Positions 1 to 12,211 of a stretch of 64,000 nt of DNA are shown here, piece after piece. How positions within the stretch are numbered: the stretch's first letter is position 1; every line of letters begins with the position of its first letter. Origin of the DNA: Tricharina praecox (taxonomy: Eukaryota); the NCBI RefSeq assembly GCF_024521635.1, contig NW_026250451.1:1-64000 (forward strand), written 5' to 3'. The notes beneath the pieces were generated by a model, which saw only the letters and a program-made list of their open reading frames with translations, was not told where the DNA came from and searched no databases. A program made the translations under genes and the position numbers.

Positions 1-796
1 TTACTTTCTTACCAGTCCCGCGAGGGTACAGATAAGGCCCTATCGCCGCGGCCCGTTGCTAGGCCGCTGCCTACCTATGTAACCATTTCCGAGAGGACGA
101 GAGAGGGAACAACAATTTATTGTCGCATGCGTCCTTTACTAGACTATGGCGACCACGAACTTCCCGACCTTTCCTAGCGGCTCTGCGGGGCAGAGAGAAC
201 GCTCTATCGCTTTCCCAGAGCACGCAGGAACCTTATGGCCACAAAGAGATGCACTACCGAGTGAGTTTTCATGATACACCGGTATTTTGGTCCGTGCACT
301 TACATTCTTTGCGCATGACAAACAGGTTTCTGCTCCCGAACAAAGAGACTGTCTTGTCTTTCCATCTAAGGAACGGTTCAAAGAAGGTAACTGATCCAGG
401 TGCCTGATCCTTTTCGGTTTCAAGTGGATGCCCCCTCTCGACAGATTCCATCCTTTCAGACGCGATTTCGACGGTCGTCGTTGGTGCATACATCCACATA
501 TAGAGCGGCTTACCTGGTGAAATGTCTCGGACGGCTAACTTTAGCACATCGTACGACCTTACGACCAATACCGACTACCTCGCTCCAGCACATTCTACGC
601 CGTGCCCCGTACCCGCAGTCCGAACGAGTCGAGTTCACGTCGCGAAGCATAGAAGGTATTCCAAAAGGTTCATAACTACCAACTCACACAGCAAGACGTC
701 CATAAAGAGCTAAAGTCCACAGCGCAGCAGGCAGCCCTGAGGAATATCGACGGAGGCACTTTGAGCAGAGCAGCGGTGGGAAACGCAGGGAAAGGA

Positions 797-2381
797 ATGC
801 CTAAGGCGAAAGAGACGAGTTCGGAAGATGACATGCAACGAGGCGATGACTACGTCGGGGTTATCTTACACGATCTATATCTTCACACATATCCTATCAC
901 CGGCCCCGAGGACAGAATAGCCCCCGCGGTGATGCTGAAGGGCCTCATTCCAAATGCCAAGAGCAAGCGGTCCTCCAGCAGCCAGCGGAGCGTGCGGCCT
1001 GCTCCAGACGTCGCGAATCTGCGGTCCCTGAGCACGTTACTCATGACCCGACTCCGCCATGCCCGGGATGAGCATGTGCGAGGCGGCCTCAGTGAGTGGT
1101 CCGACGGTGTGTGTGTGCTGTGAACGGATTATAGCTGATGGTTCCTTAGCGGGCGGATTCTGGTACCTGTGTGTGCACAGCGGCGAAAAACAATTCCTGA
1201 AAGAATTCATACCACACGCGCGGGGCAAAATGGATATACCCGAGACCCATATGTACACCGACTTGCATTTCCGGGCCTTAGGGATGGAGCCGGGCCAATC
1301 GCCTAGCTTCGACTTCAAGGCTGGCCATGAACAGGTCTGCTCTTGGAAGCGATACGTCGACGTGGCAAACGCCGTCGACTGGAATCTCCTGACAATCCTA
1401 CTCCACTCGAGTCGGTTTCGCGAGTTGGTGCGCGATCTCGATGAGGATCAATGGGCTACACTCCTCGAAGCGCTGGAGGAGCGGAACATCTCGATAAAGC
1501 CGGCTGGATACGCATGTTTCCCCGAGTGGCGCGATACGTTCAGGACCGCACTGCCGGGACAAGACGTGCTCTCAGACGACGGGTTTCCGGCCACCTGAGA
1601 TTACATCACCCGGTTCCACCACCGGACCAGCGTCGACGGAGAATCGATCGAGCCGCTGCCAACCAAGCGGCCGTACACGTACGCGCCCACATCCTGGGTG
1701 CGGTCCGGAGCCGAGAAGAACATGGAGATCCTGCCCGCTCCCCGAGAATGGAAATGCCTGAGCTGCTCGCGGGGGGAGTGCCACTGCCCGTTGAAATTCT
1801 ACAATCCGGTCAGAGTCGAGCTGTTCGCAGTACCGAGCGATAATTGGGTACGCAAATATTCCACGGGCGCACGCGCGCTCCACGCGATCGCCGCCGGAAC
1901 GGTCATCGGACACTACACGGGAGAGATCATCTCGGATAAGAACTATCACACCGGAGATGTCTACGTGCTATCAGTGTCGATGGAAGTAGAAGCTCTCTAC
2001 GACGTCACCGCTGAGCGAAGAGGTGAGAGATTTTCCCGGGCGTTTTTTTACCTTTACCCGCCGAAATGTTGCAGCGTTCCTGACTGACTCGGCGCAGGAA
2101 ACCTCGCGAGATTCATCAACCACTCCTGCCTGCCAAACTGCAAGATCACGGTGATAACTTGGCGAGGCCGCAGGCTGGGCGTCATCTCGTCGATAGTCGG
2201 CATCAAGCCGTTCGAGGAGATCACGTGTAGCTACGGCCCCAGCTATTGGACGCGGCAGGAATACCTCTGCGCCGCCGGGGTCCATATAGACTCAAAGGAG
2301 TACCCCACGTACTTGCAGAAATGGAGGAGGCGACAGAAGGTTTATGCCTCGGGGTCTCCTCCTGGTGTGGTCTTTTCATAG
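797..2381 (+). CDS. Divergent SET-domain protein (putative lysine methyltransferase) with one in-frame TGA at 1596-1598; pseudogene or RNA-edited gene; true 5' end may lie further upstream
   Basis: Exons 797-1106, 1150-2022 and 2098-2381. Removing intron 2023-2097 (GTGAGA...CTGAC...CAG) gives RRGNLARFINHSCLPNC and EEITCSYG, the SET C-terminal motifs. GARALHAIAAGTVIGHYTGEIIS matches the SET N-terminal region, and CLSCSRGECHC is a pre-SET-like Cys cluster. ORFs 1059-1598 and 1698-2087 share a frame and are separated only by the TGA. Further upstream introns (e.g. 656-722) are possible. Confidence 0.75.
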
Positions 2382-4498
2382 ACTCTAGAGTGAGCGGGAC
2401 CGATATGGCGTTCGCCACCGGGCGGGGGGAAGGGGGGCAGGCACCACTCACAGTCCGCTGCGAATGGATTTTTTGGCTTTCCTGCATAGGTATCATACAT
2501 AGGTACGATGGCGGACGAAGCCTCCAACTGCAGACGATCTCCGGAACGCGGGATGCTTCGCCTGTAAACTATTTTAAGGCTTGATTAATGGGGCGCTTCC
2601 TTTTTGCAGTCTCGCGTCCACGTGAATGCATTGGGATTGCCGACTTCTCTGGGTCCGCCGCGTGCTGAACCCGACTTTGGGGGGCCAAGTAGGTACCTAT
2701 TCTTCTACATAAGCGCACGGCCCCCGTCCCCCGTTGTGGGAACTTGGAAACATGGGAAACACGAGAAGCATGTCCCATAGTTACCGGTGTGAGAAAGATG
2801 TACCGGTAGGTAGCCGATGGAATCAGCGATGCGCCATTAACTCACTAGGATCAGCGAACGGTCGACTGGACGATAACTAGTGCGTGGGGCAAGGAAAGAC
2901 GGGCCGTCTCGGCCGCCGCGGTGGGTCGCTTAGCCAGAGGAGCGTTATGTACCTACCTTACATACCACCTATGGTTACACGACGCAATAGTTGATATGAT
3001 GCCACGCAGGCAACGTAGGCGGCACAGACTCAGTGTGGGTGGTAAGAATTAGGTATGTACTGGTACTATCTACACGGACAGCCGTGGTAAGAACATCTTT
3101 GCTGTGGGCGGCACAGATGCGGTACAGCACTATAGTTATGACACAGACAGCCGCAGCAACAACACCTTCACTGTGGACGGTGCCGATACAGTTCAGGCAG
3201 CCTGGCAATCGTCTTGCCTCTTTGGACCATTGGCGATCTCGACGGGGCCAGAACAGATACCGGCAATCGACGGGTGAGCTGAGCTGAGCTGAGTGGGCGG
3301 TTTCGGCCTTTTGGATGGTGTAACCCCTCCTCCCCCCCTCTTCCCTATGAATGTATATACATACCAACCGGTGAGTCGGCGGACCGGCGCAGCTGGTTAG
3401 TACCTTCTTAGGCTTCTAGGCTTCGCTGTTTGCGCTGCTCGTGACGGGTGACGGGCGGGATGTGCAGGTAAGTGGGCGCAGAGAAGATCCGACTCGCGAT
3501 GAGATGTCTCACTAGGGACTTCACGTTAAGGCTGAATTCAACGCTTCCATTGACCCGTTGCAAGCCCCATTCGTTCGTCGGCTGCGAATACGAACTTTAA
3601 AACTCTATCTCCAGTGCCGAACCACGGTCCGTGGAGCACACACGAGCGCGCTCCACACTTGTGTGGGGAAAAGCGGGGAGGGGTGGGATCATAGCGTGCT
3701 TTCGAGGCTGACTAACCGGTTAGCTGTGGAGCTATTGACTCCAGGGTGAGTACTATGCTTACTTTTAGTACGATACTTACTCCACACACCACGATTGCGG
3801 GGTTGTGGCGCCTTCCCCAGACCCCACTGGCCACCGATCCGCGTCGAACGCGACAACGTCTGGCAAAAGACAGCGGTTAAACGGGCCTGTCATACCGGTT
3901 TCTTGCAACATCACCACTTCCAAATTTTCGGGGAAGTAGGCAGGGGGTGCCGGACCGGGTGGTTGGGGGCTGCCTGACACTCTCAATCCCACTGTTCTTC
4001 GCCCCCCCCTCCCTCCCAAAAAAAGTAGAGTCTGTATGTACATACATGCTACCGAGTACATTGCGTCGAGAATCTTCCCAAACGCTCGCAAATTACCTCT
4101 GCTGGTGATCGTCACTGGGACTAGACTACCGTATGCGAACGCGAGAGATACGGCCCCCAGAATCTGAACTCAAGACTAGGATTTCGGCGTGGGGGGGAAG
4201 GGGAATTGGGGGATGGGGGACGTCCATCCTTGAATCCTTGACCGTTGGGTGCTTTTCCCGGAACCTCGTTCGAATAGAGAGTGTCCTGATATGCAGATAC
4301 TATCTGGAGCCTTCAACGGAAACCAGCCAAGTAGATTGACTACTTATTGAAGCTCCATTCCCCCCCCTCATATTCCAGTTCTTCAGCGCACCAACGACAA
4401 TTGCACCCATTCACCCTCCAACAGGCTTTACCTACGCCTCGTTCCAACCCTTCAAGTCAAGCAGACCCCCCTCACCCCCCCCCCAAAGACTACACAGA

Positions 4499-6249
4499 AT
4501 GGCTCCCGGTGCCGTCGCTCCTACGAAGCACACCAATCTGCTGGGCGGACGTGAGTTTCCAGCAGTAACCTGGTACAAGGATCCCGGATTGCGAAAACTG
4601 TACCTCCTTCTGGGCACTGTAATCATGGTGTCCGCTACCAATGGTTTCGACGGTTCGATGATGAACGGACTGCAGACGGTACCCAATTGGAAGAATTGTG
4701 AGTAGTAGCAGCAGCGGGTCTCTTCTCGCCTTGAAACGAAAAAATAATTGTTAACATCGAATCAGACTTCGAGCCTTCCTCTTCCGAGCGTGGTCTTCTC
4801 AACGCCATCCTCTCGGTAGGATCCATCTGCGCCATTCCAATCTCCCCTTGGCTGGCCGATTGGCGTGGTCGTCGTCTCGCCATCACCATCGGTATCACGA
4901 TCATGTTTGTCGGTGTCGCTCTCCAAACCGCTTCCGTCAATCTGGCTATGTTCACTGCCTCGCGTTTCTTGGTGAGTCCACTACCAGCATCAGAAGATAA
5001 GAGGATCGATTGTAGTAGTGGTATGCCATATGTACTAAAGTAACTCGTCCAAAGATCGGTTTCGGTGTCTCCCTTGCACACGGTGCCGCCCCCCTTCTCG
5101 TCACAGAGTTGGCTCATTACCAGCACCGTGCCCGTATCACGTCGCTCTACAACACCACCTGGTACATCGGCTCCATCATCGCCGCCTGGACCACGTATGG
5201 TACTTTCCGCATCGACAGCACTTGGTCGTGGCGCATCCCGTCGGTGCTCCAGGCCGCCCCCGCCATCCTGATGATGTCCTTCATCCTTTTCGTCCCCGAG
5301 TCCCCTCGTTGGCTCATTGCCCACGACCGTGCCGACGAAGCGCTCGACATCTTGGCGCGCTACCACGCCAACGGCGACAGGCACGACGAGCTGGTTCAGT
5401 ACGAGTACACCGAGATCAAGGAGACCCTCGCCATCGAGTTGGAGGTGGCCAAGGTCGGCATCTCGGAGCTGTGGGCTACGCGCGGTAACCGCCACCGCAT
5501 GCTTATCTGCATCTGCGCCGGTTTCTTCTCGCAGCTGTCGGGCAACTCGCTCGTGTCGTACTACATCGGAGACATCTTGACGCAGGTCGGCATTGAGGAC
5601 CCGGAAACCCAGAACATCATCAACGGCTGCCTCAACATCTGGAACATGCTCATCGCCTGCGGCATGGCATTCGCCGTCGACAAGGCCGGTCGTCGCCCGC
5701 TTTTCCTCATCTCCACCGGTGGTATGTGCGTCATGTTTATCTGCTGGACCATCGCTTCCAAGTACGCGGTTGAGAACGGATCCAAGGCGGCCGGTTCCGC
5801 CGTCGTCGCCCTGATCTTCCTGTACTTCACCTGCTACAATCTGGCCTGGTCCGGCCTGCTGATCGGCTACACCGTCGAGATTCTGCCCTACAAGATCCGT
5901 GCCCGTGGAATGTCGGTCCTGTTCATGTGCATCAACTTGGCGCTCTTCTTCAACAACTACTTGAACCCGGTCGCGCTCGAGCGCATCAGCTGGAAGTACT
6001 ACATTGTGTACTGCATCTTCCTCGCGTTCGAGTTTACCGTTGTCTTCTTCCTCTTTGTCGAGACCAGGTACGGCCCCCCATTCTACCCACTGTCGCTTTC
6101 GCATGCTAACCCTACATCACAGATACACGCCTCTCGAGGAGATCGCCGCCTACTTCGACGACCCCGTAGCCGAGAAGGCCAAGCACCGCGTCGAGCAGGC
6201 CATCCAGGAGACGACCGTCGTGGAATTCCCGTCGAAGCAGGAGGCATAG
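4499..6249 (+). CDS. MFS sugar porter, lactose permease/cellodextrin transporter (LAC12/CDT-like)
   Basis: Four exons: 4499-4697, 4766-4971, 5055-6067, 6123-6249, with canonical GT-AG introns. Motifs ATNGFDGSMMNGLQ, ADWRGRR, PESPRWL, FSQLSGNSLVSYY, VDKAGRRPL, VEILPYKIRARG and FVETR are typical of this subfamily. Confidence 0.92.
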
Positions 6250-8013
6250 AATGTAGCCTGTGGTGTTCCCGGAAGCATATTTCACGGTTTCGTTTGGATG
6301 TTTGGTCGTTTTTCTTTCACTTCTTTTCCTGTCTCTTTCAAAACTGTCGGTATACACGAATTCTAGTTTATTTTATTTTTTCCGGCGGGTGACCGTGTTG
6401 TGTGGGTTGATTGCACGACGATATATGTAATCTGGCGGGATGCTTTAGGTACGGGCTGTGGATTTGTATGTAGGAGGTGGTGCGTAGGAGCGTGTGGAGC
6501 CTCGAATAAACTTCATCTCCAACCCCTTTACTGCCGTGAACCCGGCGTGGTAATAGCCTCTTGCGGTGGTGGTGGAATAGTGATTATTGTTCCGTGTGCA
6601 CTACTACCTACTAACTACACCCCCCACGAGGCAGCCAGCCAGCCTTAGTCCGGGGAAGGAGAGCATACCTCGTGCAGCGCGCCGATAACTACATCTGAGG
6701 TAGGACAAAGATATCACCAGATAAAAATTAACCATGCATAGGTATGCTCGGTATGCTCATCAGGCACAAGAGCCAAGTCCCCCACACCACCAGGGCTATT
6801 TACCAGAGATTCAGCCAAACCGTATACCCGTTTGCCACTAGATACTGGCAGCACCCACCCACCCACATAAACGCGGGTAGCACGGGGGGCACGAGGGGTA
6901 GCACGCAGTGTGGGGGATGGGGTGGTGGTGGCCGCATGAACTTATGAACTGCATGATTGATTGGTAAAGCACTGCCATCCACAGGCGTGTGTATATTAAT
7001 CGCCTCGCGAAATTCCGCTGGCCCGAAGATCATAGCTACGAGCTGTGAGCTGCGTTAAGGCGGGCGGCGGCTGGCCCTGCATATTTATCCGTAGTATGTA
7101 CAGTGTATATCACGGATGGGCTCGCCGTTGGGATGCTTATTTGAATTCGGGTGGCGTGCTTATGTTACACTCTCCTTTCTAGCCATCATACTATGTATGA
7201 ACCAGAAGCGACGGCCTGAACTTTGAAGGCCATGCGGGTATCTTTTCGCGCTCTTATAGTACTATAGAGTAAACGTACTGCTCAGTGGTAGCACCCGTGT
7301 CCGACTACGGCGGTTTTTAACAGTTGCCAAAAGTCGCCTGGCCCCCCCGGTCACATGCCACATGCCTTACCTTGCCGGCCAACTTCCGCCGAAGCGATGG
7401 TGGATTAATACCTACGGCAGAACATAAGTCTCGGAGGAAGTGTCCGGGTCGTCCCTGCTCCTCCGTAGACTATAGTTACCGGACGGCTCGCTCGCAGAGT
7501 AGCGCCCTGATCCTTCCCCTCTCACTCGGGTCTCGCTCTCGTACCGACTCCGTGTTCTGAAGAAGTTCGTCGTTCGTGCTCTTGCCTAGTCATTAATTAC
7601 CCGTGATTTTTCTACTAGTGGCTATGGCGATAGCCACTTGGGTAGGAAAACAGCCACCTTTTCCCAGCCCACTATCCGAACTAAAATCTGTCGTGAGTGA
7701 CCCACCATGACGCACCTTCCGCATGCCGGAGACATTGACGGCGACACACCATCATATCACGGTGATACGCTACGGCATGAGGTCTGGTCAGAACGTATCG
7801 TATGGGGCAAGTTCAATCAGTGATGCGCCGTCACGACGATACGAGTCACAGTATCACACGTCTGTCCATCGCTCTCGGCCCTCGAAACGTTCTTGAGCAG
7901 TAGTTAGACTGTAGACAACTAAAGTAAAGTACATACACGAAACGAAAGGAACGTGCGCTCCGGACTGACTCTAACCTCCCAGCCTCCGTCACCGCCGTAA
8001 ACCCACAATCCGA

Positions 8014-9373
8014 CTACTGGCACTAATACCACCACGGATTAGTACGGACACCCTCTTCAAAGAGCCTACGGTGTAGGAACATACCTGAGAGTAGTAGTCG
8101 TTGAGCTTGACGCACGTAGAGCTCGCGCACGCGGTCACACCAGTATATCCAGTTCCTCCGCACTGTCCCCACACAGCGACTGTGCCGCCAGCCGCAGCTG
8201 TGGTCGTCGCGGCAGGTGGAGCGCTAGAGGCGGCTGTGGTGGGGGCTGTGGTTGCAGGCGTAGTAGCCGCGGTCGTGGGGGACACCACGGTGCTTGCCTT
8301 CCCTCCAGAGCCCGTCCACACCTTTGGCCCTGGCACTTGGTACGTCGTCGCCGTGGACGAGTAGATGTTGATGTTGACGCCGGGGTCGGACATGGAGAAG
8401 GCTCCCGGGAGCGAGACGACGTATTCTCCCGACGGCGACTCGGTGCCCGAGCCGGTAACGGTGAGCTGTGCGCACTCCGGGTAGCTAGGTACATATCAGC
8501 CCCAGGATCGCACTAGGTGGGGGGGATGTACCTACAACTGCGGAGTGTTCGCTTGGTGCAGCGCCAGGAGCTCGTGGCGGACCAGGTAGTTCCCCGGCGC
8601 CAGAGCCGCAGGGATCGTAGAAGTCCACTTCAGCGTCTCGAGGACCACCGTGTTGCCCCAGCGGCCTTGGTTGACGGTTCCAGAGATCAGTCCGGCCTCG
8701 TCGATCTTTCCCGGTGCCAATGTCAGCTTCAACAGAGCTAGCCGGATATAGGGGTCCTTGGGGGGTTCAGACCTTAAACCATACTGCTCCGGAGCCGTCG
8801 AAGTCTGCGCACGATGCTGGGCACTTGGCCATGTATACCGTCACGGGACCCTCCGCGTGTCTGTGGGGAAATCAGTCTCGATCGACGACAAAGCTGCATA
8901 CCAGCGTGCAGCGTAAGCTCGGGTATCCTGGTAACTCACGTCCATTGCGTCCATTCTGTGAAAGATTGGTTTCATCAGTTTCCGTTTACAGTGTACACAC
9001 ACGACGTCGGTCAGGCAGCTACTACTCACGGGCAGTGATCTGGGAGCCAGCAGCAATCGATCCATGCAGCGTCGAAGTCTGCCCAGCGTTGTTGCAGCGG
9101 ATGTTGGTGCCAGTGGGCGTCAGGATGGGGTCGTAGCTGCTGTACTGGCGCTGGATGGTAGATTGTCCCGTCGCGGAGTTGTAGGGCTGCCATCTTTGAT
9201 GGATCGTGTGTCAGCTTGGATGGATGGATAAAAGGCTACGGATGCGTTCGAGGTTTTGGAGCTCACCCTGGCCAGTCCTTTCCGCCAAAGGTGTACACTC
9301 CTACTCCACCATGCGCCGAAGCCGACGTGGCAAGGAGTGCGATGGTAGACAGAAGCGCGGCGGTGAACTGCAT
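8014..9373 (-). CDS. AA9 (GH61) lytic polysaccharide monooxygenase with linker and C-terminal CBM1
   Basis: Signal peptide [20 protein letters not shown] is followed by His1 (HGGV). Other motifs: second His in [46 protein letters not shown]; Thr/Ala linker; CBM1 [31 protein letters not shown]. About seven exons, including a 16-nt exon at 8940-8955. Confidence 0.95.
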
Positions 9374-9916
9374 GATGATGGTGATGGAGTCTGTATATTG
9401 AACTTCTGGCTTCGACTTGAAGGGCGAATGAGTGTACAGCGAATAGAATCCGGACCTCGAGAGATATTTATTCCTTTCCCACGGTTTCAGCAACAGTGCC
9501 TTCGTCGACGAACGACGTCTCTACATAAGACGAAGAATCTTCGCGATCCCGGTTCCCTTCCACTGCTTCCATCCGTGCAGATATTGGAGCCCGGCCCGAC
9601 GGTAGCTACGGAATAGGTACCTCCCCAATGTTATCAGATAGAGTATTCCGGCGCGGTCGGATGTTATTTCGCTGGGTAAATACGCCCAGATTCCCATGTC
9701 CCCGTTTTCCGGGTGCACCCCGGCCCGCGGATCCTCGACTCCACGTCCTTATTCGCCATTCTGCTTCCCCTTTGGAACATAGCCCTTCCTCAGGTGACAG
9801 TTTGGGGACATACATTTCGACGTGGGACTTCATCCCCTTGTTCCCCTCTCCCCGTATGTGGTGGGTGTGCTCCGTTTCAGGGGTCGACGTTGCGATTGGC
9901 CGGTGATCATGTTTTC

Positions 9917-9930
9917 CGGTTGCTTTACCG
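9917..9930. promoter_or_regulatory. Candidate cellulase-activator (ClrB/ManR-type) site CGG-N8-CCG upstream of the AA9 gene
   Basis: CGGTTGCTTTACCG lies about 550 bp upstream of the AA9 ATG. The motif is short and could be chance. Confidence 0.3.
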
Positions 9931-12095
9931 CCTCTCCTGTTACCGACTACCCGATGATGTTTGATCTATAATCCTAATCCTAATCCTAGTCTGTTGAGTT
10001 AAGCTTACTTAAGTTCAAGACCTATGGGTAATGACAGCTCGTCAGAGAATGAGGACCACTACGAACTCCCTCAACTCTTCAATGTGGCTTCGCTTTGCTG
10101 GAATAGGACACCGCTTGGCTTACCCAGGTAGAGAGATTACGGAATCACGAAGTCTCGCTAACCACCCAACAAGCACCACCTCTGCAACCGTTGCCACGAG
10201 CACATCTGGGGTGCAGGGAGGAGGATCCGAGGATGTGTGTTGTCGATCAGCGCAGGAGTCGTAAAATAAAAAATATATCTCGTTGTAGGCTGTGCTAAAT
10301 ATGCGCATCAATTGTCATCAGATGCATAGCACTATGCCCACGGACAGCCTCGACCTGCCCAGTGCCTATCGGAAGTTCTCCCGGTACCGGGCGCTCGGTT
10401 AACGCGGCCCGGGTCGAGAATTCTGAACAAGTGTCAAATGCGACGAATGCGCGCTCATGTATCACTCGGTTGTGCCGCTCAGGCCGAGTTTTCGCAGCTT
10501 GGATTCTCTCTCACTTCACGGACTCCCGCCGGCAGTAACTGGTAGTTGACCGTGGTTGAATTCCCGATATTTCCGGCTCTGTCGTCTTCTGCCGTCGCTT
10601 TCAAATCACGTAGATACCTAGAACTTGGATCCAAGAACAACAGATGCGGTAATACCAGCTCTTGCGCCGCGTACATACGCAGTTGGATTCGCGGAGAGGA
10701 AAGCATATCCGACGATTCCGCATATCCGCCATCTGTGTAATGTTGAGAGCTTTCTTCCGACCACTGGGCATGGCGGACAACCATCAACAGCACTAACTAA
10801 TGGATCAAAGAACTCCAGTTTTGGTACTTCTTCAGAACTATGGTCGATCGAGCGAGGGAAACAGTTCCGAGAACGTTGAATCCTAGTGTCGGGTTTGAAA
10901 AGCGATTTAACGGGGCTGGATGACTCTGTCTTATATCAGTATCGTGTATGCAACAGAACTCGACGGAGCTGGGCAGTCAGCGGTCGATCTAGGTGTTGCT
11001 GTCAAGTTGAAATCTACGTCCGGGGGGATATCTCAGTGTTCTTCACGATGATACCTCTCAGCCCAGGCTATGACAGGAGAATTTCGCCTCGGTTTTCCGC
11101 GCCCTTCCTAGCAAATCTATCAACCCACAGAGATAAGAAGAACGGCATATCGGAGAGATGGTCTTCAGTTGCCAGGGAGTGTCACCGGCGCAGTGAGCGG
11201 ACACGTATGTATGCACCGTCGGCTCATATCATCTGTCGCAAACCACTGGATGGGGAGCAAAGACCCTCTTGTGAGGTCGCGTCGTCGAAACCCCGGACGG
11301 ATAAGCGTAACGGCCGCCGGGAAGTGCCATTCTCACCGAAGAACTTTCTAACCGTGCAAAGACACATGCTGAGGGAGAGGAATTTCAAGAGTAAGGCCAG
11401 AGGGCTCATCCGAACGTACAACGCTGCGCTCGAATGAGAGAAAGAGAGATCTTCGGTCTATTTCGCAGGCAGCGCTCTCGAATGTGACCTGGAACCCCCA
11501 TACCTTTCACCATCTCGAGCGAGTGATCGCAAGCCGTTTTCCAGAATATCGGTCCTGAAGTAGGTTAAGCGCACACGCTTCCATTGATTTATGCTTCGTG
11601 GAAACCCAACCTAAATCATCCACGGGCCACATGCTGCCGCGCCATTCATGAGCACTGAGAATAGAGTGATCGGTTATTCTACCGGTGGTGAGATATTTGC
11701 TAAGCACGGGCACCATCTCAGCCCCGACGGATCTAGAGTGAATGACAACTGCAACCTTCCATAGAACATCGACAACACGGAAAATCTAACCCTCTAGCAT
11801 CCCGATCGAAACAAAAACCCGACAAACAGGACACTCTGCTTCACCGCATTGGTTCCCTTGGGTACAGTCGTGATCTGTCTCTGGGAGGCCTCAGCAAGAA
11901 CGGACCAGGCGGTGGTTTTCTAAGCCTTTTGAAGCCATGTCCAACGCCGATATCACTCCCAGCACCGTCGGCTTGTACCGCACAGCGCAGGACGGAATGT
12001 GGCATATCTCGAGCACGATCGGCTCCATCTCCTCACGTAGCATGGCGCTGCATGATGATGCTCTGAATACGACTCGTGGTAGAAGCGCGAGACGA

Positions 12096-12102
12096 TATAA
12101 AA
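12096..12102 (+). promoter_or_regulatory. TATA box of the cell-wall protein gene
   Basis: TATAAAA about 110 bp upstream of the ATG at 12212. Confidence 0.55.
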
Positions 12103-12211
12103 GCCAGTCCTCAATGTCGTCCAAGAGAAACCAGAAACATCCGTCTTCGACACCAAGAGACTTTCTTCGATCCGTCTTTACTTTCCCCATTCTGAAATTC
12201 AATCTCGAATC

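Noticed and set aside
650..652. Possible second editable stop (TAG) upstream in the SET gene frame
   Set aside because: A plausible intron at 656-722 joins a different upstream frame, so this TAG need not be in frame. The 5' structure cannot be resolved without cDNA.
1596..1598. Selenocysteine reading of the TGA
   Set aside because: Ascomycetes are not known to have Sec machinery, the position is not Cys-like, and I saw no SECIS.
4635..6104. 489-aa minus-strand ORF (likewise 36342-37460, 40421-41293, 43945-44949, 62548-63381)
   Set aside because: Antisense shadows of real GC3-rich genes, with no independent protein features.
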